A DNA stretch of 64,000 nucleotides from Thermodesulfobacteriota bacterium. GTDB lineage: Bacteria > Desulfobacterota > Binatia > Bin18. Shown in pieces: positions 21,833 through 31,387 of the stretch. Numbering within the stretch: position 1 is the stretch's first letter; every line of letters begins with the position of its first letter. The position numbers were made by a program, and so were the translations under genes. The notes under the pieces are model-generated. The model saw nothing but the letters and a program-made list of their open reading frames with translations. It searched no databases and was not told where the DNA came from. The stretch spans positions 512,001-576,000 of the forward strand of contig OZ219926.1 in assembly GCA_964291405.2 (NCBI GenBank), written 5' to 3'.

Positions 21833-22120
21833 TTATTCCTGATTTTCCAGATCTTCCCCGCCCTTTTGCATCGCCCCTTCAGGGTTTGTCAGCAAGGACT
21901 CACCCAGGGCTTTCGGGTTCGCAGCCAATCCGGGCTCTCGGCTATCCTTATTGGCTTGCTTATACTGGTCGACCAAAGACGGTTTGGGCTCAGCATCCTT
22001 GACCTCTTCGATGGGGGGGGCGCCAAGTTCACACCCGCCCAGCACGACAATCGATCCAATTCCACATGCAATGAGCCCGTTCCGCAGCCATTTGCCGCAA
22101 TGAGAAAAAATATCCTGCAT
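21833..22120 (-). CDS. small hypothetical lipoprotein
   Basis: Lipobox LGGC after a hydrophobic stretch; divergent from the DUF1302-like gene. Confidence 0.55.
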   Translation of the reverse strand: MQDIFSHCGKWLRNGLIACGIGSIVVLGGCELGAPPIEEVKDAEPKPSLVDQYKQANKDSREPGLAANPKALGESLLTNPEGAMQKGGEDLENQE

Positions 22121-22363
22121 GGAGCGGTCTATTAAAGAAAGCCGACGCATTTGTCAAGAGCAGAAACACAGGAAGGAAATGCCGTCTGGGCAGTTGCAAA
22201 ATATGAAGAATAGCGCTAGAAGCAGCCTGGAATACCAAATCATCTTTTGCATAATGCATTGCACTAAGGATCTATGGGGAAAGGGGGTGACCTGCTGCAA
22301 CCAGGGAAACAGCAAGTGAGTCAAGGTAGGGAGGATAATTCTTTGTTACAGGAGGGAAAGTTT

Positions 22364-24663
22364 ATGATCAAACACAACGGGAAAAAGCATTCGGGCCTGA
22401 GAGGACTGGTGGCCGGGCTAGCCATCGCAGCCGGGCTCGTTTGGCTCACAAGCCCCGCGCAAGCGGTGGTCCGGGTGGGCGACTCAGAGATTCAAGTCGT
22501 GTACGAGATGCAGCACGCATTTCAATTTGACGGCAGCCCTGGAGATAATTTCGAGTGGGTGCAGTGGCGTAACGAGTTGCGCGTGGAGTACGAGTATCAG
22601 GATCTCGTGTCAACCGAGGGCGGGTTGTTCGGTAAGAACATCAAGATCCCAGGGGTGCGGCGCGCTGACTTCTCCTTCATGTATCGGGGCCGCTTTGACC
22701 CGGTCTATGAAGTCCGCGACAAGTATGACGATATGTACTCCCACCGCATCAAGCAGTTCAAGTCCTTTACCTTTCCCGAGAACGGCTTTCGGGAAATGAA
22801 TCTGGACGTGGACTTTGGGGATGTGATGGGCCACCGGCTGTCGATGAAGCTGGGCAAGCAGCAGATCGTGTGGGGGGAATCCGATCTGTTCCGCTCCATT
22901 GACATTGCCAACCCGCTACGGCTGGACCAGAACCAGGCGGTGGGAGAAGCCTTTGAGGACTTCCGGAGTCCGATCTGGGCCATCAAGTTTCTGTACGACA
23001 TCGGGAACGTCGGATCGTTCTGTCCAACGTCGGTCTGGAGTTGTTCTACACCCCGCGCTGGCGGTCACTCGTGCAGCACCTGGTCCTGGAAGGCGGCTGG
23101 GGCGGCCTGCGCTATGACGACCCGAACTATATTGGCGACGTGGAAGATTACTTTGATTCGCCAACCTCTCCTGGCACCTTAACCACCAAGGGCGTGCCTT
23201 GGGGGCCATACCATGACTACGCCCGGAGTCGTCACCCCTGGTCCGTGTTCCGGGTCGGGCGCAACCTGGCGAATATGGCCCCGGACAGCGGGTGTAATGC
23301 CGATGTCCCATGTACGGACGACGCCGCCGGCCGCGGCACCAACTTCCTGTACCGGATTGGCGGCGGTCGCCATACCCACCACATCCGCGGTACAAAGTGG
23401 AAAAACAGCATGGTCGGCGCACGGATGATGGGGAAGATTTTTGACAACTTCGACTTCACCCTGAACTATATGTACAAGCGCGTCGATCCGTATGCCGTGT
23501 TTGACCTGCCGTCCTTCTTCGGCACAGACCACGACGACGGTCTCGGCAGGGTGGACCAGTACGGTCGGCGACTCGGCTCCTTCAGCAACACTCTGCTGGG
23601 TTCACCCGGCGGGTTCTTTGCGCATGACCCGACCAACCCGAACAATATGCTCAACTTCCGTCGCGCCCTGGACCGGTGTTTCGAGGAGAATCGAGCCTCG
23701 TTTTTCAGCGGGGTCGACATGTTAGGTTACAGCCAGGACGGCAACCCGAACAACGACCGACTTGCGACCGCCTGCTTCGAGGTTGCCCACTCGTATCCGT
23801 GGACGAACGTGTTTGGCTTCACGGTTACCTATAATGACTTTGATTACACCGGTGCGGTGTTCCGCCTGGAGCAGAGTTGGTCGACCAACGAAGGGCGCAA
23901 CTGGGGCGGCTCGAACTATGGTGGGCAGTCTCAGGCGCACTTTGATGCGAAGTTGCAGCACGCTCGGGAGGTCTATCTGGACAGACTGGATGACAACCCG
24001 GAGTACGCCGCAGCGGTCGATCAATATGCGGCCGACAACGGGGTTGACCGTCGTGGCGCGGTATTCGGCGCACCGGACGTTGACCCGCTCATCACCGGAC
24101 CGCACAGCGATGGAGAAGGCAATCCCTGCGTACCGGGTGTGAACGTGTGTCCGGGCAAGAAGATCAACGGCGCGCGGATCAAACAGGGATCGTCTGTGTG
24201 GCGGAGCATGATCGGGTTTGACCTGATTCAGTCCATTCAGTCCTTTCCGGGCATGGGCTGGACACGCGGCCTGCCGGGCGGTATTGGTGACCAGGCCACC
24301 TTCTACACCTTCCAGGCCCTGACCACCTATCAGAACGATAACCGGCCCTCGGGCGTCAACGCCTTCACCAATGCGCCGCGAGACCGGCACCATCGGTTTA
24401 ATCAGTTGTACACCTTTGGCCTGTCGGGCTTCTACTTCCGAGGCAAACTGGAACCGCTGTTTGCGGTCGCCTACTCGGTGAACTCCAAGCATCCGCTGAT
24501 TCTGGCCCAGAGCTACTGGCACGGCTTCCTCTTCCGCAACCTCGACATCTTTGCCGGCACGGTCATGTATATGGGCGGCCGCAACGACACCGATGGTACG
24601 GGGCTGCACCTGTGGGCCGACCGCGATCTGTTCTGGATTCGCCTCCAGTACTACCTGCTGTAG
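22364..24663 (+). CDS. DUF1302-like outer-membrane beta-barrel protein, copy 1 (1 bp deletion near 23020)
   Basis: RBS GGAGGG; signal peptide; LGKQQIVWGESDLFRSIDIANP motif; C-terminal FWIRLQYYLL; split into ORFs 22274-23182 and 23041-24663, and comparison with copy 2 shows one missing base. Confidence 0.8.
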
Positions 24664-24682
24664 TCACATCGATAACCACTAA

Positions 24683-24714
24683 CCGGGGCGGGTATGATAC
24701 CCGCCCCTTTTTTT
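24683..24714 (+). terminator. intrinsic terminator
   Basis: GGGGCGGGTAT-G-ATACCCGCCCC followed by a T-tract. Confidence 0.85.
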
Positions 24715-24783
24715 CCCACCTCACCCGTAACACCTCCACTTACGTTTCTTGACTTTTCCATGTGGACGGCATTGGATAGGTGT

Positions 24784-25365
24784 ATGAAGGGTCTTCTGCT
24801 CACCTGCTTACTTTGGGCCGGGGCGCTAGTTGTCCCGCCTGTTCCCGGCTGGGCTCAAGACCGCTCGTCGGATGCAGCCAGCCGGGAAATTATTGAGCGA
24901 CTGACACGGGTCGAAACTCGGCTGGACGGATTAGAAGATAGCATCAGACAACTGCGGGAGGACATGAACACCCAGAACCAACAACTCCGCACGGATATGC
25001 AGCAACTGCGCGAGGACATGCAGCTTCAGAACCAGCAACTGCGCGAGGACATGCAGCTTCAGAACCAGCAACTGCGCGAGGATATGCAGCAACTCCGCGA
25101 AGACCTGAATCATCAATTGGACCGGCACTTTCAGCTCATCCTCGGCGTCCTGGCGGCCTTTACTTTCATGTTCATCAGCATCCTCGGCTTCGCCATTTGG
25201 GACCGTCGTACCATGGTCAGGCCATTTGCCGACAAGGTGAAAAATCTGGAAGACGACCTCTCAACAAAAGGCCGTCGGTTAGGTGTCATTCTTGATGCAC
25301 TTCGGTCCCTGGGACAGCGCGACGAGCGAGTCGCCGCCATTCTCAAACGCCTGAATCTGCTGTAG
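24784..25365 (+). CDS. signal-peptide, coiled-coil, C-terminal TM hypothetical protein (copy 1)
   Basis: Signal ending PGWA-QD; QQLREDM repeats; TM helix followed by WDRRTM. Confidence 0.75.
   Translation: MKGLLLTCLLWAGALVVPPVPGWAQDRSSDAASREIIERLTRVETRLDGLEDSIRQLREDMNTQNQQLRTDMQQLREDMQLQNQQLREDMQLQNQQLREDMQQLREDLNHQLDRHFQLILGVLAAFTFMFISILGFAIWDRRTMVRPFADKVKNLEDDLSTKGRRLGVILDALRSLGQRDERVAAILKRLNLL
25000..25082 (+). repeat. 33 bp in-frame tandem repeat (2.5 copies) encoding QQLREDMQLQN
   Basis: CAGCAACTGCGCGAGGACATGCAGCTTCAGAAC twice plus a partial copy. Confidence 0.9.
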
Positions 25366-25466
25366 CGCGTTTCACGTCAAGCTGTCGCCATACTGCCCCG
25401 CTCTCGTCATGCCGGACCTGACCCGGCATCCAGCGATCTCCCGTTTTTCCGTTCGGGTACATGACG
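25363..25466. repeat. REP-like palindromic element, copy A
   Basis: TAGCGCGTTTCACG, then CGTCATGCCGGACCTGACCCGGCATCCAG starting 42 bp after it, closed by ATGACG; related copy at 27893. Confidence 0.65.
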
Positions 25467-25560
25467 CATCGTTGTCATATTCGCTTAACATTTTCGCTTG
25501 ACATTCAGGCCATTAAAGTATTATCCATGGGGGACCAATCTTTTCAAAGGAGGGAAGGCT

Positions 25561-27818
25561 ATGGTCGAACGCACTAGGGGGCGAAGGCGAAGGGCAGGCC
25601 TGAGGGGATTCGTGGCCGGGCTAGCCATCGCAGCGGGACTTGTATGGTTGACGAGCCCCGCACAAGCGACGATCCGAGTGGGGAATTCGGAGATTCAAGT
25701 CGTGTACGAGATGCAGCACGCATTTCAATATGACGGCAGCCCAGGGGATAACTTCGAGTGGGTGCAGTGGCGCAACGAGATGCGCGTGGAGTACGAGTAT
25801 GGTGATCTTGTGACGCCCGAGGGCGGGTTGTTCGACAAGAACATCAAGATCCCGGGGGTGCGGCGCGCCGACTTCTCCTTTATGTATCGCGGTCGCTTTG
25901 ACCCGGTCTATGAAGTCCGCGACAAGTATGACGACATGTATCCCCACCGTATCAAGCAGTTCAAGTCCTTTACTTTTCCCGAGAACGGGTTCCGGGAGAT
26001 GAACCTGGACGTGGACTTCGGGAATGTGATGGGCCATGGGCTGTCGATGAAGCTGGGCAAGCAGCAGATCGTGTGGGGCGAATCCGATCTGTTCCGTTCC
26101 ATTGACATTGCCAACCCGCTACGGCTGGACCAGAACCAGGCGGTGGGCGAATCCTTTGAGGACTTTCGGACCCCTATCTGGGCGATCAAGTTCCTGTACG
26201 ACATCGGGAACGTCGGGACGTTTATGTCCAACGTCGGTCTGGAGTTATTCTACACGCCCCGCTGGCGACCCATCACTCAGCACCTGGTGTTGGAAGGTGG
26301 CTGGGGCGGCCTGCGTTACGACGACCCGAGCTTCATTGGCGATCCGACTGATTACTTTGATTCGCCGACCTCACCAGGCATCTTGACCACCAAGGGCGTC
26401 CCTTGGGGGCCATACCATGACTACTCCCGGATTCGCCATCCCTGGTCGTTGTTCCGGGTCGGGCGCAACCAGGCGAGGATGGCAGGTGATTCCGGGTGTA
26501 GTGGTTCAGGACCGTGTACGGACGATACCGCCGGCCGGAATGCAAACTTCCTGTACCGGATTGGCGGCGGTTCGAAAACCCACCATATTCGGGGCACGAA
26601 GTGGGACAACAGCATGGTCGGCGTGCGGTTGATGGGGAAGATTTTCGATAATTTTGACTTTACTCTGAACTATATGTACAAGCGCGTCGATCCGGGCGGC
26701 GTGTTCCATTTCGACACCTTCTTTGCCGACTCACCGCTCGATGCGGATGGCAAACGGACGGTGGGCTTGGACGGCCGCCCGCAATCGGCCGGATACGCAG
26801 GAGGTGTCCCAACGGAGGGGAGATTTGCGGGTAGAGCTGTCGCCCCTGGGACGTTTGTTCATGACCCGACTGACCCGACAATATGCTCAACTTCCGCCGC
26901 GCCCTGGACCGGTGTTTCGAAGATAACATTGCGACCAACTTCGTCGGGGTTGACATGTACGGCTACAGCCAGGATAGCAACCCGAACAACGACCGATTGG
27001 AACCGCGTGTTTCGACGTGTCTCACTGGATGCCGTGGACAAACGTGTTTGGGTTCACGGTCACGTATAACGACTTCGACTACACCGGTGCGGTGTTCCGC
27101 CTGGAGCAGAGTTGGTCCACCAATGAGGCGCGCAACATAGCACCGGTCGCGAACGGCGGCAGGTCTCAGGCGCACTACGAGGCGCGCGTAGCCGCGGCGC
27201 AAGCCAGGGCCATAGCAGAGGGCAGGACGGGCTCGCAGATTCCGACCCATCCCTTTACGGACGGCGACGGCAACCCCTGCGCCGAGGGACACGGCAGCTT
27301 CTGTCCCAGCCCACGCCAGCGCGTTGCGCGCATTAAGACCGGCACGTCTCGTGTGGCGGAGCATGATCGGCTTTGACCTGATTCAGTCCATTCAGTCCTT
27401 TCCGGGCATGGGCTGGGCACGCGGCCTGCCGGGCGGTATTGGTGACCAGACCACCTTCTACACCTTCCAGGCGCTGACCACCTATCAGAACGATAACCGC
27501 GCAACAGGCCTGAACGCCTTCACCAATGCCCCGCGTGACCGGCACAGTCGGTTTAATCAGTTGTACACCTTTGGCATGTCGGGCTTTTACTTCCGGGGCA
27601 AACTGGAGCCGCTGTTTGCGTTCGCCTACTCGGTCAACGCCAAGCAGCCGTTGCTTCTGGCCCAGACCTACTGGCACGGCTTGTACTTCCGCAACCTCGA
27701 CCTCTTTGCCGGCACGGTCATGTATATGGGCAGCACCAACCAGGTCGATGCCACGGGGCTGCACCTGTGGGCGGAGCGCGACCTGTTCTGGATTCGTCTC
27801 CAGTACTACCTGCTGTAG
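25561..27818 (+). pseudogene. DUF1302-like outer-membrane protein, copy 2, with three 1 bp indels (pseudogene or assembly errors)
   Basis: Close paralog of 22364-24663; frame breaks near 26878 (-1), 27000 (-1) and 27349 (+1) by comparison with copy 1; RBS and C-terminal FWIRLQYYLL intact. Confidence 0.75.
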
Positions 27819-27838
27819 ACTCACCAGTAACCACTAAC

Positions 27839-27870
27839 CGGGGCGGGTATTATGCCCGCCCTTTTTCTTT
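27839..27870 (+). terminator. intrinsic terminator (duplicate of 24683)
   Basis: GGGCGGGTAT-T-ATGCCCGCCC followed by TTTTTCTTT. Confidence 0.8.
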
Positions 27871-27892
27871 CCCTCCCTCGCCTCACCTCAGT

Positions 27893-28006
27893 TAGCGCAT
27901 TTCACGATAAGTGGTAGCCCTATTATTTCGTCTTCGTCATGCCGGAATGATCCGGCATCCAGAGACCGGGGGGTGGGGATGGATTCCTGTTTGCACAGGA
28001 ATGACG
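27893..28006. repeat. REP-like palindromic element, copy B
   Basis: TAGCGCATTTCACG, then CGTCATGCCGGAATGATCCGGCATCCAG starting 42 bp after it, and GGATTCCTGTTTGCACAGGAATGACG. Confidence 0.7.
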
Positions 28007-28098
28007 GACGGCTACACAGAATCGCGATTTGCGCGAGGTGGTGAGACGTTCCTTCCTGAAACCAGGAAGCATTGACGTGGGCAGCATTGTATAGACAC

Positions 28099-28578
28099 AT
28101 GAGGGGTCTTCTGCTCACCTGTTTACTCTGGACCGGGGCGCTGGTCGCCCTGCCCGCTTCCGGCTGGGCGCAAGATAACGCCACGGACGCAGCCGGCCAT
28201 GAGACTATCGAGCGGCTGACACGGGTGGAAACTCGCCTGGATGAAGGACTGAAAAGACTGGAAGGCAGCATCACGCAACTCCGTGAGGACCTCAGTCTCC
28301 AAAACCGGCAACTCCGTGAGGACATGCAGCAACTCCGGGCCGACATGAACAAACAGAATGAACAACTCCATGACCGACTGGGCAATTTTATGCTGCTCTT
28401 TACCGGCGTGATCAGCATCATCGGGGTTATCCTGGCCAGCATCATCGGGTTTACCGGACGGGAACGGAAAGGGGCAAGGACGGAGCGGAGTGAATTGGCA
28501 GACATCCGCGCTGCCTTACACGCCTGGGCCCAACGCGATGAGAACGTTGCCGCCGTGCTCAAACAGTTCAACCTGTAG
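28099..28578 (+). CDS. signal-peptide, coiled-coil, C-terminal TM hypothetical protein (copy 2)
   Basis: Paralog of 24784-25365 (GLLLTCLLW, IERLTRVETRLD, QLREDMQQLR, QRDE.VAA.LK..NL) with fewer repeats. Confidence 0.75.
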   Translation: MRGLLLTCLLWTGALVALPASGWAQDNATDAAGHETIERLTRVETRLDEGLKRLEGSITQLREDLSLQNRQLREDMQQLRADMNKQNEQLHDRLGNFMLLFTGVISIIGVILASIIGFTGRERKGARTERSELADIRAALHAWAQRDENVAAVLKQFNL

Positions 28579-28612
28579 CCATTCTGCTGTAGCTTCGACA
28601 ATCGTATCGAGC

Positions 28613-28655
28613 AAGAAAAAAGGGGGGTCGCATAATGGACCTCCCTTTTTTCTTT
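28613..28655. terminator. bidirectional terminator-like hairpin
   Basis: AAGAAAAAAGGGGGGTC-GCATAATG-GACCTCCCTTTTTTCTTT. Confidence 0.7.
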
Positions 28656-28722
28656 GGGTGAAATATGGGAAGATGCCGCCTGCTTGCGTAGGGTCAGAAC
28701 AAATTGAAGGAGGAGTATCAAT

Positions 28723-30411
28723 ATGGCGACAGTTGACGGCGGGACGCTGATTGGACGGATATTACAGGAACAGGACGTGAAGTATATGTTTGCCGTGAAT
28801 GGCGGACACACCTTCCCCATTCTGGCCACCCTCAGAGATAATGGCATCAAACTCATCCACATGCGCCACGAGCAAGCCACCGCCTATGCCGCGGATGGCT
28901 ACGCCCGTGTGACCGGCAAACCCGGCATCTGCTGTGTCACGGCCGGTTGTGGCCTGACCAATGCGGTGACCGGCCTGTGTGGCGCCGGTCTGACCAATAG
29001 TGCGGTCGTCTGTCTCGCGGGTCAGCACCCCACTACCGAGGACTTTATCGGCTCCTTCCAGGAAGCCTACGGTTCGGATGTGGTGAGTTCGTTCTCGAAA
29101 TTTGCCAAGCGCGTACTCGACTGGTCAACCATTGAAATCGACCTGCGGCAGGCATTTCGGGAAGCCACCTCAGCCCCCCAGGGCGTCTCCCTGCTCGAAA
29201 TTCCAACCAATATTCTCTACCACCAGGAGGACGAGTCCAAACAGCGCAAAGGCGCAAAAGTCTATGGTCCGGATGAACTCCGCTTCCAGGGTGACCCGCG
29301 CCAGATTGAACGCGCGGTTGAACTCATCTTTCAGGCGAAAAAACCGCTCATTGCCGGTGGAGATGGAATTTTCTGGTCCGGGGCCGAGGCCGAACTGAAA
29401 GAATTGGCCGAACTCACCAGTACCCCGGTGTACTGCCGTCGCGCCGGCCAGGGTGCGGTTGACGAAGACCACCAACTCGCCATTCGTGGCGCGTGGAAAA
29501 AGCCGTTTACGGGCGAAGCCGATGTGGTGCTGGCCATTGGCTTCAAATTCTGGAGTGGAGAAAAATTCGGGCAACCCCCAACCTGGAGCGATAAAGCCAC
29601 CTATATCCAGGTCGATGCCACCGCCCAGCGGGTTGGCTGGCACGTCCCAGCCGAAGTCGGCATTGTCGGCGACCCCAAGCTGGTGCTGCGTCAGATGATC
29701 GACACGGCCAAGGCGATGCAGCTTGACTTTAGCGCCAAGCGGGAGAGTCCCTGGCTCCAGAACATGGTTGAGGTGCGCGAGAACTATAATAAGCTCATCA
29801 GCGACCGTGAGCAGCAGCATCACGGTGCCACCCCTATCCACCCCGACCGTCTGGCCAAGGACCTCACCTCTGTTATCGATAAGGATGCAACCCTCATCGT
29901 CGACAGCTTCACGCTGAGTGGCTACACGAGCCAGTGGTTTACCGCCCATGAGCCGGGTCAGATTGTCGACGCCGGGCCACTGGCCCCAGTCGGACACGGC
30001 GTGGGGATGGGTATTGGGGTGCAGCTCGGGCGTCCGGGCAAACAAGTCATCGTGGTCAGCGGTGACGGAGGTCTGGGCATCGGCGGCATGGATATGGAGA
30101 CCGCAGCCAAATACAACATCCCGATTATTACCCTGCTGTGGAACAATAGCTCGTGGGGGCCGACGTTTGAGTCCATGCCCCTGCTCAAAGGCCGTACGGA
30201 CCCGTTCGATATGATTAAGGACATTCGCTATGACAAGGTGTTTGAACCTATGGGTGTCTACACCGAGCATGTGGAGCAGCCGGACGAGATTATTCCGGCT
30301 CTGGAGCGCGCCCTCTCCTCCGGTAAGACCTCGCTGATTAACGTGTTCGGCGATAAGAGCGTCGGGCACCCATCGCTCGGCGGGAACTTGTTAGGCTCAA
30401 CTCAGGTCTAA
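28723..30411 (+). CDS. thiamine pyrophosphate-dependent enzyme (2-hydroxyacyl-CoA lyase / acetolactate synthase-like)
   Basis: RBS AAGGAGG; RHEQATAYAADGYAR motif; TPP motif GDGG...NN. Confidence 0.88.
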   Translation: MATVDGGTLIGRILQEQDVKYMFAVNGGHTFPILATLRDNGIKLIHMRHEQATAYAADGYARVTGKPGICCVTAGCGLTNAVTGLCGAGLTNSAVVCLAGQHPTTEDFIGSFQEAYGSDVVSSFSKFAKRVLDWSTIEIDLRQAFREATSAPQGVSLLEIPTNILYHQEDESKQRKGAKVYGPDELRFQGDPRQIERAVELIFQAKKPLIAGGDGIFWSGAEAELKELAELTSTPVYCRRAGQGAVDEDHQLAIRGAWKKPFTGEADVVLAIGFKFWSGEKFGQPPTWSDKATYIQVDATAQRVGWHVPAEVGIVGDPKLVLRQMIDTAKAMQLDFSAKRESPWLQNMVEVRENYNKLISDREQQHHGATPIHPDRLAKDLTSVIDKDATLIVDSFTLSGYTSQWFTAHEPGQIVDAGPLAPVGHGVGMGIGVQLGRPGKQVIVVSGDGGLGIGGMDMETAAKYNIPIITLLWNNSSWGPTFESMPLLKGRTDPFDMIKDIRYDKVFEPMGVYTEHVEQPDEIIPALERALSSGKTSLINVFGDKSVGHPSLGGNLLGSTQV

Positions 30412-30429
30412 GGAAAGAATCGCCAATCC

Positions 30430-30462
30430 AAAAAAGGGCAGGCATAATGCCTGCCCTTTTTT
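30430..30462. terminator. bidirectional intrinsic terminator
   Basis: AAAAAAGGGCAGGCA-TAA-TGCCTGCCCTTTTTT between convergent genes. Confidence 0.85.
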
Positions 30463-30502
30463 CTTGGTCCATATAGGTCTCACTGTCCCCTGAGCAACCG
30501 CC

Positions 30503-30757
30503 CTACCCGCCCTCTTTGCGCATCACGATTTCGATTTCATCAAGCGGAGAAACCCCTCGATTGCGAATATGACAGTTCCAGCCGGCAAACTGGCGTAAGT
30601 ACGTAAACACTTCCCGGACCAGACCTGGCTTTACTTCTCTTTCCCATTCGTTCAGCCATTCGTCCCCCTCAAAATCGTCATCGTCCCATGCCTCGGGGGG
30701 GATGTCCGCACTCAGAGAGAAGCGCAGATTGAACCGATGCTCATCTTTTTCTGCCAT
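30503..30757 (-). CDS. small acidic hypothetical protein
   Basis: 84 aa ORF 9 bp downstream of the DsbA-like gene; folded-looking composition (FNLRFSL, HIRNRG..P..EIEI). Confidence 0.65.
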   Translation of the reverse strand: MAEKDEHRFNLRFSLSADIPPEAWDDDDFEGDEWLNEWEREVKPGLVREVFTYLRQFAGWNCHIRNRGVSPLDEIEIVMRKEGG

Positions 30758-30766
30758 ACAGCGCCT

Positions 30767-31387
30767 TTATGTGACGCCCAGCGCCGCCAGGTCTTCCAGA
30801 TAGGCTTCCGCCGGCACCATGCCGATTTGGCGCCGTTTCCCGCCAATCAGGACGGTCGGCACCGCACTCACGAAATACGTATTCATCGCGTCTTCGCACT
30901 GCTGACGCACCTGGTCCTGGAGGGCGGTATCCTCAATATCGTGCAGGAAGGTGTTCATATCGAGACCCACCTGCCGGGCAATCTCCACGCAGGTCTCCTT
31001 TTCAATCAGACTCTTGTTCTCGATAAAAAAGGATCGGAAGAGTCCGGAGTGAAAGCGGAGGAAGGCGTCTTCGCCCTGACGCTGGGCGGCCGTACCGGCT
31101 TCCAGACCGGGCATGCTCCAGCGTGGAAATTCCGCATGCGGCCACATGGAATATTCCAGGCCATCCGGTTCAGCCAGGGCTGACGCCCGCTGCCAGGCCT
31201 GCTCCACATAGCTGTCCTTAAACTGAAACGAGCGAGCCTCATAATGCGGACGAAGGGCAAAAGGATGCCATTTGACACTGACTCGATCACCAAAGCGTTC
31301 CTTGATTTTGCGAAGCCGCTCCGCGGCCGGGAAACACCACGGTCACAGATAGTCCGAGAATTCGATGATTTCAATTGGTGTATCCAT
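30767..31387 (-). CDS. DsbA/FrnE-like oxidoreductase with in-frame UGA at codon 15 (probable selenocysteine, UxxC)
   Basis: ATG at 31387 with GGGGGG RBS reads MDTPIEIIEFSDYL-U-PWCFPAAERLR and stays in frame into ORF 30767-31207, which has the AVPT cis-Pro motif; SECIS-like hairpin follows the UGA. Confidence 0.85.
31310..31345 (-). promoter_or_regulatory. putative bacterial SECIS element
   Basis: UGA-CCGUGGUGUUUCCC-GGCCGC-GGA-GCGGCU; G-led apical loop 20 nt after the UGA. Confidence 0.6.

Noticed and set aside
23722-24609. 295 aa minus-strand ORF, and similar ones at 27333-27824, 27888-28880, 10276-11175 and 8072-8812
   Set aside because: Antisense shadows of real GC-rich genes with no protein motifs
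29170-30369. 399 aa minus-strand ORF
   Set aside because: Antisense shadow of the TPP enzyme gene
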